Assembly (NCBI GenBank): GCA_043787435.1
Contig: JAYVVA010000011.1
Coordinates: 1-34,817, forward strand
Reading direction: 5' to 3'
Source of the DNA: Sphingomonadales bacterium
Lineage (GTDB): Bacteria > Pseudomonadota > Alphaproteobacteria > Sphingomonadales > Sphingomonadaceae
Length of the DNA stretch: 34,817 nucleotides
The notes under the pieces are model-generated. The model had not been told where the DNA came from and did no database searches. It worked only from the letters and a program-made list of their open reading frames with translations. Position numbers and translations under genes: made by a program. Each line of letters starts with the position of its first letter. The first letter of the stretch is position 1. Of this stretch, positions 18,542-27,134 are shown piece by piece.

Positions 18542-19690
18542 TTAGTAGAAGTCGGGATTGCCGCGCACGTCGCGCAAGGTAACCCGACCGAACAGCACCT
18601 TGTAGACCCAAGCAGTATACAGCAGCACGATCGGTAGGAAGACCAGCGTCACCAGCAGCATGATGAACAAGGTCAAATGGCTCGAGGATGCGTTCCAAAC
18701 CGTGAGGCTGGACCCAGGATCGATCGAGCTGGGCAGGATGAACGGGAACATCGACAGCCCAACGGTCGAGATGATCCCGATGGCGGCAATCGACGAACCG
18801 CCAAAGGCCAGCACCTCGCGCTCCGACCGGATGCCGATCAAAGCCATGACCGGGCCGAGAAAGCCCAGCATGGGCGCCAACAACATCCAGGGGTTTGCGC
18901 TGTAATTGCCAAGCCATGCACCTGGTGCCGCCACGAGCGTGGAGAGATGCGGATTGGATGGCCCCATCGGGTCGACCGCGCCTTCGGTACGGAAACCCAT
19001 GTTCATGGTTGCGACCATCACACCGCCAGCGGCGAACAGAAGGATCGTCAGCACCGCCGCGATCTGCCCGAAGCGCCTGGCGCGGTCGTGGACCGCGCCG
19101 CGTTCGATCTTGATCGCAAGCCAGGCTGAGCCGTGCAGAACCAGCATTGCGACAGAGAGCAGGCCCGCCAGCAGCGAGAAGGGATGAAAGAGGCCGAGCA
19201 AGGTGCCGTCGTAGAAAGACCGCAAGTCGCTATCAAGCCGGAAGGGAATGCCGGTGAGCACATTGCCGACCGCTACGCCGAACACCAGCGCGGGGACGAA
19301 ACCGCCAACGAACAAGGCCCAGTCCCAACGGCTGCGCCATGCCGGATCGGGCTTCTTCGAGCGATATTTGAAACCAACCGGCCGCAGGATGAGCGCCGCC
19401 AACACGAGGAACATCGCGAGGTAGAAGCCCGAAAAGCTGACCGCATAGACGAACGGCCATGCCGCGAAGATCGCGCCGCCACCAAGGATGAACCAGACCT
19501 GGTTGCCCTCCCAGGTTGCGCCCACCGAATTGATCACCATCCGGCGTTCCTCGTCCGTCTTCGCGACGAAGGGCAGCAGTGACGCGACGCCGAGATCGAA
19601 CCCGTCGGTGAGAGCAAAGCCGATGAGCAGGACGCCCATTAGCGCCCACCAGATCACGCGCAGGGTTTCATAGTCGATGGGAGGGGCCAT
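18542..19690 (-). CDS. cydB: Cytochrome bd ubiquinol oxidase subunit II
   Basis: TDGFDLG, WEGNQVW, ILRPVGFKYRSK and SLTVWNASSSHLTL. Confidence 0.96.
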   Translation of the reverse strand: MAPPIDYETLRVIWWALMGVLLIGFALTDGFDLGVASLLPFVAKTDEERRMVINSVGATWEGNQVWFILGGGAIFAAWPFVYAVSFSGFYLAMFLVLAALILRPVGFKYRSKKPDPAWRSRWDWALFVGGFVPALVFGVAVGNVLTGIPFRLDSDLRSFYDGTLLGLFHPFSLLAGLLSVAMLVLHGSAWLAIKIERGAVHDRARRFGQIAAVLTILLFAAGGVMVATMNMGFRTEGAVDPMGPSNPHLSTLVAAPGAWLGNYSANPWMLLAPMLGFLGPVMALIGIRSEREVLAFGGSSIAAIGIISTVGLSMFPFILPSSIDPGSSLTVWNASSSHLTLFIMLLVTLVFLPIVLLYTAWVYKVLFGRVTLRDVRGNPDFY

Positions 19691-19701
19691 GGTCGGTCTC
19701 C

Positions 19702-21294
19702 TTATTCAGCGGGCAGCGGGGCATAGCCCTGGTGAAGCGCCTGATCGGACGCCAGCGCGTCATGATCCTCGATGGGGCCATGCCGGATCGCTGCCAGCAT
19801 CAGCCGGACTTCAATCACCGCAAGCGTCCCGTAGAGGAGCGTGAACCCGATGATCGTCGTCCAAAGCTGTGAAACCGTGAGGCTTGAAGCGCCGAGGAAC
19901 GTCGGCAACACGCCTTCGATCGCCCAGGGCTGACGCCCGATTTCGGCGAGCAACCAGCCAAACTCGATCGCAATCCATGGCAGCGGAATGATCCAGACTG
20001 CGGACCACATGAACAGGCGGGAGAACCCACTGCCCGAGCCAAAGCGCCGGATCGAGGCAATGTAGAACGCCGCTCCGAAAAAGGCGATGAAGAAGAAGCC
20101 GAGGCCCGCCATCGCGCGGAACAGCCAGAACATCACCGGCACATTGGGAACCGTGGTCCAGGCCGCTTTCTCGATGTCGGCAGGCGTCGCCGAGCGCGGA
20201 TCGGGCATGAAGCGCTTGAGCAGCATGGCGTAGCCGAGGTCGAGCTTGTGCTGTTCGAACTGCGCGCGGGCGGCGAGGTCGTTTCGGTTGACCTTCAGCT
20301 TCTCGACCGCATCATAGGCCTGGATCCCGCTCTCGATGCGGGGCTCGGCCTTGACTACTAGTTCGTTGATGCCTGCAACTTCCCCGCTCAGGCTGCGCGT
20401 GGAGATCAGTCCGAGCACATAGGGGATCTTAACCTCATAACGCGTCTCGCGCCCTTCCATGCTCGGAATGCCGAAGATCGCGATCCCCGCCGGAGCCGGT
20501 TCGGTGTGCCACATGGCCTCCAGCGAGGCGAGTTTCATTTTCTGGTTGTCTGTAAGTGCGTAGCCCGACTCGTCGCCCAGCACGACGACCGATAGCGAGG
20601 AAGCGAGCCCAAAGGCGGCCGCGACGGTGAAGGACCGCTTGGCCACCGCGAGCCATTTGCCTTTAAGAATATACCAGGACGAGATGCCGAGCACGAACAC
20701 CGAAGCGCAGACATAACCCGCACTGACCGTGTGGACGAACTTCGCCTGCGCGACGGGATTGAACAGCACCGCCATGAAGTCGGTCACTTCCATCCGCATC
20801 GTCTCGGGATTGAAGTGAGATCCCGTCGGGTGCTGCATCCAGCCGTTGGCAATGAGGATCCACAGTGCCGATAGGTTTGATCCCAGCGCGACCATGAGTG
20901 TCGTGAACAGATGCTGGCGTTTGCTGAGCTTGTCCCAGCCAAAGAACATCAGGCCGACGAAAGTGGCCTCGAGGAAAAATGCCATAAGGCCCTCGATCGC
21001 GAGCGGCGCGCCGAAGATGTCACCGACATAATGTGAGAAGTAAGACCAGTTGGTCCCGAACTCGAATTCCATCGTGATGCCGGTCGCGACGCCCAGCACG
21101 AAATTGATCGCAAACAGCTTGGCCCAGAAGCGCGTGACCGTCCGCCAGATTGGCCGGTCGGTCATCACATAGATGCTCTCCATGATGACGAGCATGAAAG
21201 ACAGGCCGAGCGTCAGCGGCACGAACAGGAAGTGATAGAGCGCAGTCAACGCGAACTGCAGTCGCGAAAGCTCGATGACGGCCATATCCACCAT
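19702..21294 (-). CDS. cydA: Cytochrome bd ubiquinol oxidase subunit I (long Q-loop)
   Basis: LSRLQFALTALYHFLFVPLT, EFEFGTNW, KFVHT, QKMKLASLE, FRAM and GRQPW. Confidence 0.96.
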   Translation of the reverse strand: MVDMAVIELSRLQFALTALYHFLFVPLTLGLSFMLVIMESIYVMTDRPIWRTVTRFWAKLFAINFVLGVATGITMEFEFGTNWSYFSHYVGDIFGAPLAIEGLMAFFLEATFVGLMFFGWDKLSKRQHLFTTLMVALGSNLSALWILIANGWMQHPTGSHFNPETMRMEVTDFMAVLFNPVAQAKFVHTVSAGYVCASVFVLGISSWYILKGKWLAVAKRSFTVAAAFGLASSLSVVVLGDESGYALTDNQKMKLASLEAMWHTEPAPAGIAIFGIPSMEGRETRYEVKIPYVLGLISTRSLSGEVAGINELVVKAEPRIESGIQAYDAVEKLKVNRNDLAARAQFEQHKLDLGYAMLLKRFMPDPRSATPADIEKAAWTTVPNVPVMFWLFRAMAGLGFFFIAFFGAAFYIASIRRFGSGSGFSRLFMWSAVWIIPLPWIAIEFGWLLAEIGRQPWAIEGVLPTFLGASSLTVSQLWTTIIGFTLLYGTLAVIEVRLMLAAIRHGPIEDHDALASDQALHQGYAPLPAE

Positions 21295-21411
21295 GGGTGG
21301 GCACTCCTGCTGAGTCGGTCATGCCGGACGCGTCGGTTCGCGCCTGCGTGATAATGATTAGCCACTAGGCGTAAATGTGTATATGAGCAAGCGAGTTTCG
21401 ATACGGACCCG

Positions 21412-22986
21412 ATGACTTCCAATCGCGCGTTTCTGTTCTGGCTGCTCGACGGCGTGCTGGCGATTGCCGTTGCGGCAGCCCTTGCGCTTGTAGTTTCGCG
21501 CCTTGTCGACAATCCGTTCCGTATTCAGGCGCTCCCGCTGCTTTTGCTTGTGATCGCAGGCCTGTGCCGGGCCGCTACGCAGGTTTTTGCGACATCCGCT
21601 GGCGGGCGAGACGCAGCACGCGAAAAGCAATCCTGGCGCGTGCGCGCCTATCGCGCCGTCCTGCGCGCGCCGGCGGGATCTCGCGCGATGCTTGGCGAGC
21701 GAACCGCCGACGCGACCGACCGGATCGAGGATCTCGACGGTTATCATGTTCGCTTCCGACCCCTGCGGCTTGCCGCGGTGGTAACGCCCCTGATGGTGGC
21801 GGCGGCGGCCGCATTGGCGAGTTGGGTCGCGGCCACGATCTTGCTGATCACGCTCGTTCCCTTTGCGGTCGGCATGGCGCTGGCTGGCAGCGCTGCCGCA
21901 CGCGCCGCTGCGCGTCAGCTCGACGCTTTGAGCAGGCTCTCAGGGCTGTTCATCGACCGCGTGCGCGCGCTCCCGATCATCCTGGGTTTTGGCGCACAGG
22001 TTCGCATAGTGCGGCAATTGTCCGGTGCAACCCAGAACGTCGCCCGGCGCACGATGGCTGTCTTGCGCGTCGCCTTTCTGTCGAGCGCGGTCATGGAGTT
22101 TTTCGCCGCGCTCTCGGTAGCGCTGGTCGCGGTTTATTGCGGATTCAGCCTGCTACGGCTGCTGCCCTTTCCCGCACCCGAGACGCTTACGCTCGGCCGG
22201 GCGCTGTTCGTCCTGGTCCTCGCTCCTGAATTCTACCTGCCGATGCGACGCATGGCGGCGGCCTATCACGACAAGCAGATTGGCGAGGCTGCGATGGTGC
22301 GGCTGTCGAGCCTCATTCCGCCGCCCAATTCCGATACCCCAGACGTGACTAATCTGGATCGTCCGCCTCGGTTGCAATTCAAGGCGGTCGAAATCGACTA
22401 TGGCGACCGTAAGGTCGGTCCGTTCACGCTCGACGTGCCTGCGGGCAAGCTGACCGTGCTCTCAGGCCCATCCGGGGTCGGGAAATCGAGTCTGCTGAAT
22501 GCGCTGCTCGGACTGGCACCGGTGAGCGCGGGGGAACTTCTGCTAGATGGCGTGCCGTTGGCGCCCACGCGGCTGCAGGGGCAGGTGAGTTGGGTGGGTC
22601 AGGCCACGACCTTGCTGCCAGGCACGCTCCGCGACAATATCCGGCTGTCGCGGCCGGATGCTTCCGATGCTGCTGTGGAAAGCGCGGCGTCCCAGGTCGG
22701 ACTTACGACCTTGATTTCCGATCGGCTTGCCGGCCTTGAAACCCCAATCGAACCGCGCGGCTCGGGCCTGTCGGGTGGCGAACGCCGCCGGGTTGGCGTC
22801 GCCCGCGCGGTGCTGCGCGCCGCGCCACTCTGGCTCCTCGACGAACCCACCGCCGATCTCGAACGCGCGTCGGCCGCCGAGCTGATCGCGCTCATATCGA
22901 GGGTGGCCAAGGGATGCACGATCCTGCTGGTCACCCACGACCCCGCTATCGCCGCATTGGCCGATCATCATGTGGTGATCACATGA
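21412..22986 (+). CDS. cydD: CydD-like thiol reductant ABC exporter subunit
   Basis: TMAVLRVAFLSSAVMEFF, LAPEFYLPMR..AAYH, Walker A GPSGVGKS, LSGGE and LLDEPT. Confidence 0.88.
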   Translation: MTSNRAFLFWLLDGVLAIAVAAALALVVSRLVDNPFRIQALPLLLLVIAGLCRAATQVFATSAGGRDAAREKQSWRVRAYRAVLRAPAGSRAMLGERTADATDRIEDLDGYHVRFRPLRLAAVVTPLMVAAAAALASWVAATILLITLVPFAVGMALAGSAAARAAARQLDALSRLSGLFIDRVRALPIILGFGAQVRIVRQLSGATQNVARRTMAVLRVAFLSSAVMEFFAALSVALVAVYCGFSLLRLLPFPAPETLTLGRALFVLVLAPEFYLPMRRMAAAYHDKQIGEAAMVRLSSLIPPPNSDTPDVTNLDRPPRLQFKAVEIDYGDRKVGPFTLDVPAGKLTVLSGPSGVGKSSLLNALLGLAPVSAGELLLDGVPLAPTRLQGQVSWVGQATTLLPGTLRDNIRLSRPDASDAAVESAASQVGLTTLISDRLAGLETPIEPRGSGLSGGERRRVGVARAVLRAAPLWLLDEPTADLERASAAELIALISRVAKGCTILLVTHDPAIAALADHHVVIT

Positions 22987-24575
22987 CGGACCGCACCCTC
23001 GACGCCTTGCTCGAAGAGGTCGCCCGGCCTTATCGCTCGGCAACACGGTTCGCTATGCTATGTGCGGCTTGCGCCGCGATCGCGGGCATCTTGCTGCTGG
23101 GGTTGGCAGGCTGGTTCATCACCGGTGCTGCGCTTGTCGGCGCAGCCGGTATAGCCGCTATCCAGGCCTTCAACTATCTGCTGCCCAGTGCTGCTATCCG
23201 GCTGCTTGCGATCGGCCGCACGATCACGCGCTACGGCGAACGCTTCTATGGCCACCAGGCGGCGCTATCGGCACTCGCCCTCTTTCGCGTGCGCCTGTTC
23301 GAGACATTGATTGCCACGCCCGTCGACAACGGTGCGCGTGGTGCGGGCGACCTCGCGGCGCTGCTTTTGCAGGATGTCGATGCGCTCGAGGACAGGTTTG
23401 TGCGTGCTCCTGGCAACGTGGCAGCGTTTGTCGGCGCGGCCATGGCAACGGCATTAGCGATCGCGGCGGGGTTGATGGCGACGGCTGCGCTCGCTGCGAT
23501 CATTGCCGCAGTGCTCGTGCTGGCGCGGGTTCTTGCGCATCGTTGGCTTCCGGCGCGGGCGCTGCGCATTCAGAACGACATTGCAGCTCTCAAGCAGCTA
23601 TTCGTCGAATATGCCGCCGCTTCGACTGAGATCGCGGCTTACGCGCTTGGGCGTTCAGTCGAGGCGCAATTACAGGAACAGGCTGCTCGCCTCGATGCCA
23701 ACCGAACAGCGTTCGCGCGCGCCGAAGCGGGACTGGCAGCGATCGTCACCAGCGCCGGTGGCTTGGCGATGGCGGCCATGCTTGGCCTGTCGACCGCGTC
23801 GCTGCCTTTGACCCTCCTGGCTGCGCTGGCTGCGGCGGGCGCCATGGAAGCGCTGGGCGCGAGTGTTCGCTCCAGCGGTCGCGAAGCCGTCATCGCCGCC
23901 GGTCTAGATCGGCTCGCAGCATTGCTCGGCAAGCAGGGCCTGCCCGCCAATCCACCCACGCTGATGGGTGATCGGATCCGGATCAACCACCACGACCAAG
24001 CCTATATTCTGGGAAGCGGTGATCGCCTCGCCATTATGGGTCGATCGGGATCGGGCAAGACGAGCCTCCTTGAGTACCTTGCGGGTCAGCGGTCGAGTGG
24101 CGGCGACGTCGAAATCGACGGTCTCTCGCTCGCGCAGTCGACACCCGAGGCACGCCGACCCTTGTTCGCGCTCTCGCCACAGAGCGCGCAGATGCTTGCC
24201 GGCACGATCGAAGACAATTTGCGTCTGGCTCGCCCCGGCCTGACGGAGGATGGACTGTGGGACGCGCTGGACGTCGCCTGCCTTGCTGACGATGTGCGCG
24301 CCATGCCCGAAGGGCTCGCCACCTGGATCGGCGATAGTGGCGCTCGCTTGTCGGGAGGACAGCGCAAGCGTCTTTCGCTGGCGCGGGCGATGCTGGCCGG
24401 CCGTCCGTGGTTGCTGCTCGACGAGCCGAGCGAGGGGCTGGATCCGAAGACCGAGGCGCTCGTGCGAGCGAAGCTGGAGACGTGGCTGACGCAGACCGGA
24501 ACCGGTCTCGTTCTTGTCACCCACAGGTCGGCAATGCTGTCGCTGGCCGACCAACATATCGTGCTGGCGGGCTAG
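22983..24575 (+). CDS. cydC: CydC-like thiol reductant ABC exporter subunit
   Basis: LAGWFIT, FNYLLPSAAIRLLAIGRT..RYGER..GH, GRSGSGKT and LSGGQ; ATG at 22983 overlaps the cydD stop. Confidence 0.88.
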   Translation: MTDRTLDALLEEVARPYRSATRFAMLCAACAAIAGILLLGLAGWFITGAALVGAAGIAAIQAFNYLLPSAAIRLLAIGRTITRYGERFYGHQAALSALALFRVRLFETLIATPVDNGARGAGDLAALLLQDVDALEDRFVRAPGNVAAFVGAAMATALAIAAGLMATAALAAIIAAVLVLARVLAHRWLPARALRIQNDIAALKQLFVEYAAASTEIAAYALGRSVEAQLQEQAARLDANRTAFARAEAGLAAIVTSAGGLAMAAMLGLSTASLPLTLLAALAAAGAMEALGASVRSSGREAVIAAGLDRLAALLGKQGLPANPPTLMGDRIRINHHDQAYILGSGDRLAIMGRSGSGKTSLLEYLAGQRSSGGDVEIDGLSLAQSTPEARRPLFALSPQSAQMLAGTIEDNLRLARPGLTEDGLWDALDVACLADDVRAMPEGLATWIGDSGARLSGGQRKRLSLARAMLAGRPWLLLDEPSEGLDPKTEALVRAKLETWLTQTGTGLVLVTHRSAMLSLADQHIVLAG

Positions 24576-25406
24576 GACCTGTTGAGATTCGCTTGGAATT
24601 GATGACGGCGGCGGCGAGGTGGATCATGGCTTTGAAGCTGTCGTCGGTTTTGTCGGTACGCATGGCTATGCGCTCGAACTCTCTGAGCTTACAGAAGAAG
24701 TACTGGGTGAGGTGGCGCCGTTTATAGATTTCTAGATCGATGGCGATCGGTTTGGCGCGTCTTGGATGCTGAGAGATGACGACCCGGGCACCGCGCTCAT
24801 TGAGCTCGGCAATGATCGAGTTGCGGTCAAACGCCTTGTCTGCGAGCAACGCGCCAAAATCGATGCCCTTGAGAAGAGGATCGATGCCGACGGTGTCAAA
24901 GCGATGCCCGGGCACAAGAACGAAGCGGACGAGATTGCCAGCGCATCGGTCAAAGCGAGGATTTTGGTGGTCATTCCGCCTTTTGAGCGACCAATGGCCT
25001 GGCTTTGGGTCCCCCTTTTGCACCTTGCCCGTGGCGGTGAACCTTGACAATCGCGGCATCGACCATCGCATATTCCATGTCAGGTTCCTTCGAAACGGCG
25101 TCGAAAGGCTGTTTGAAAACATCGGCTTTTGCCCAGTCACGAAACCGCACGAATACCGTGTTCCACCTGCCGAAATACATAGGAAGGTCGCGCCATGGAC
25201 TGCCCGTCCGCACGATCCTTAATATCCCCTCGATAAACAGCCGATTGTTCGTCCCGCTGCGGCCAGAATCGCCCCGCTTGCCAAGGCAATGGGGCTCCAT
25301 CTTCGCCCACTGCGCATCCGTCAGTACCAGCCGTTCCATCGCAAACTCCTTGCGGAGCTTGAATCATTTTCAACAGAATTTGGGAATCCTAAATCTCAAC
25401 AGGCCC
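24575..25406 (-). mobile_element. IS5-family (IS427-group-like) insertion sequence, 832 bp
   Basis: 15-bp terminal inverted repeats GGACCTGTTGAGATT / GGGCCTGTTGAGATT (1 mismatch); TA duplication at 24573-74 and 25407-08. Confidence 0.92.
24590..25339 (-). pseudogene. IS5-family transposase (orfA/orfB), inactivated
   Basis: orfA LTDAQW...RTGSPWRDLP...FGRWNTV; AAAAGGGGG slippery site at 25019-25011; extra frameshift at DAL/GNL near 24939; RHLTQ in place of RHLIE; the terminal stop reads CGA. Confidence 0.85.
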
Positions 25407-25786
25407 TAGAGGATCTTAGCGAACATGGCTGCCGAACCGCGTGCAGGCGACGCTGCCTTGCGCTCGGCGCGTCCTGGCATTTCGATCGGACCGGGCCGGG
25501 CCAGCGCAGCGAGGAAAGCCGCTGCGGCTGCAAAGGCGTCCGGCGCAACGCTATAATATACCTGCTTGGCTGCGCGCCGGGTTTGCACCAGTTCGGCCTT
25601 GCGTAGCACGCCAAGCTGCTGCGACAGGCCCGGTTGGCCAATGCCGGTCAAGGCATCGATTTCGCCGACCGACTTCTCGCCTTGCGCGAGCAGCGTAGCG
25701 ACCAATCGCAGCCGGGTATCGTGGCCGAGCGTGCGCATCACTTCGGCGAGCGCATCGAGATTGGGGTCAGGGATCCTTTCGGACAT
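25406..25786 (-). CDS. ArsR/SmtB-family regulator lacking cysteines
   Basis: LGHDTRLRL, EKSVGEI, QPGLSQQLGVLR and VQTRRAAKQVYY; C-terminal SAAMFAKI tail. Confidence 0.88.
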   Translation of the reverse strand: MSERIPDPNLDALAEVMRTLGHDTRLRLVATLLAQGEKSVGEIDALTGIGQPGLSQQLGVLRKAELVQTRRAAKQVYYSVAPDAFAAAAAFLAALARPGPIEMPGRAERKAASPARGSAAMFAKIL

Positions 25787-25789
25787 CGC

Positions 25790-26449
25790 CTATCCTTTCT
25801 GCGACTGCGGCTTGCTGCGGTGAAACCACAGCGGCTCATCCGCCTCGGCCAGCAACGAAGCCTGGTCTTGGTGTGGAGGCATCAGCACGGCATCGCCGGG
25901 GCGCCATCCTTCCGGGATCACGACATGATCGGCATCGACGATCTGCAAGGCTGCCAGCACGCGCAGCATCTCATCGACCGAGCGCCCGACCGTCGCCGGA
26001 TAACAGATCATCGCGCGGATGATGCCATCGGGATCGATGAAATAGGTTGACCGCATGGTCGCGGCATCGGGCGAGTGATCCGAAATCATGCCATAAGCCC
26101 GTCCGATGATCAGCGAGGGATCCTCGACGATCGGGAAGCTTACTGTGACACCGAAACCGTCGCGGATCGCGCGGATCCAGCCCAGGTGCGAATAAAGGCT
26201 GTCAACCGAGACTGCGAGTAAAGCGCAATCGAGCTTCCCAAACCGGTCGCTCGCCTTTGACAGGGCGACGAACTCGCTGGTGCACACGGGTGTGAAATCG
26301 CCCGGATGCGAGAACAGGATCAACCAGCGCCCACGAAAGTCCGACAGGTTGACCACGCCCATAGTGGTTCGCGCCTGGAAATTTGGCGCCGGATCGCCGA
26401 TCTGCAGAAACTGCGGACTCTGGCGAGGGTCGGTCGGCATCTCATCCAT
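25790..26449 (-). CDS. Peroxiredoxin (Prx6/1-Cys type)
   Basis: LFSHPGDFTPVCTSE, SVDSLYSH, YP..VGRSVDE and PEGW; start at 26449 or 26440. Confidence 0.92.
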   Translation of the reverse strand: MDEMPTDPRQSPQFLQIGDPAPNFQARTTMGVVNLSDFRGRWLILFSHPGDFTPVCTSEFVALSKASDRFGKLDCALLAVSVDSLYSHLGWIRAIRDGFGVTVSFPIVEDPSLIIGRAYGMISDHSPDAATMRSTYFIDPDGIIRAMICYPATVGRSVDEMLRVLAALQIVDADHVVIPEGWRPGDAVLMPPHQDQASLLAEADEPLWFHRSKPQSQKG

Positions 26450-26496
26450 TTCGAAAAAATTCCGTCTGACGTATCTTGGCATCCTTCGATACACGA

Positions 26497-26513
26497 TTAC
26501 ATTACAAATGTAA
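26497..26513. promoter_or_regulatory. Palindrome TTACAT-N5-ATGTAA, candidate ArsR operator
   Basis: Perfect 6-bp inverted repeat about 50 bp upstream of the prx-arsR pair. Confidence 0.45.
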
Positions 26514-26614
26514 GCGAGAAATTGAAAATGTGGTACCGCAAAACAGCAGGATCGCCCAATGGCACGCCGATACGCAACAAATATGGGCCTATTCCTGCGA
26601 CCGGCTAAGGCAGG

Positions 26615-27120
26615 TCAATTACAAGGAATACGTCGATGAATGGAGCAATGGCTGATCCCGCCGTCGTAATCAGTCGATGTGCCGATTGGACGAAGCAAAC
26701 GGTGCGCTTGGCTGCGCCTGATGGTTTTCCCGTTCAACCTTGGTCTGAGCACGCCGCATACAGCCAAGGCATTCCAGTAGACCGGTGATGGTGGCTGGCT
26801 TGATGACTTGGGAAATACGCGTCTGCCTTTCACGCGTGCACCAGCTAAGCGCCCTGCAAGTTCGCACTCGCGATCGCGAAGTGTGCGTTGCCGCCGGCCC
26901 CGTCAGACCTGCCAAATCTTCGAATAGCCAAGGGACGATAATCGCGTAACGCGCTCCGGTTTGGAGCACCGATGTTCCAGGAAAGAGCCGGTCTGCATGA
27001 CTCTGGTGGATCGTCAGAAAGCCGATCGCATCTCTGACGCCCGTAGATTCTTCATCCATCTGCGCCTTCGCGCGCCAAGGCATCGCGCGAAAGATACGAC
27101 CATCCCAGCGATGGCTCCAC
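26615..27120 (-). pseudogene. DUF6361-like gene remnant (N-terminal part, frameshifted)
   Basis: GTG at 27120 gives EPSLGWSYLSRDAL / KAQMDEESTGVRDAIGFLTIHQSHADRLFPGTSVLQT..RY..IVPW / SQPPSPVYWNAL in three frames; truncated. Confidence 0.65.
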
Positions 27121-27134
27121 GCCTTGTGGACGCC

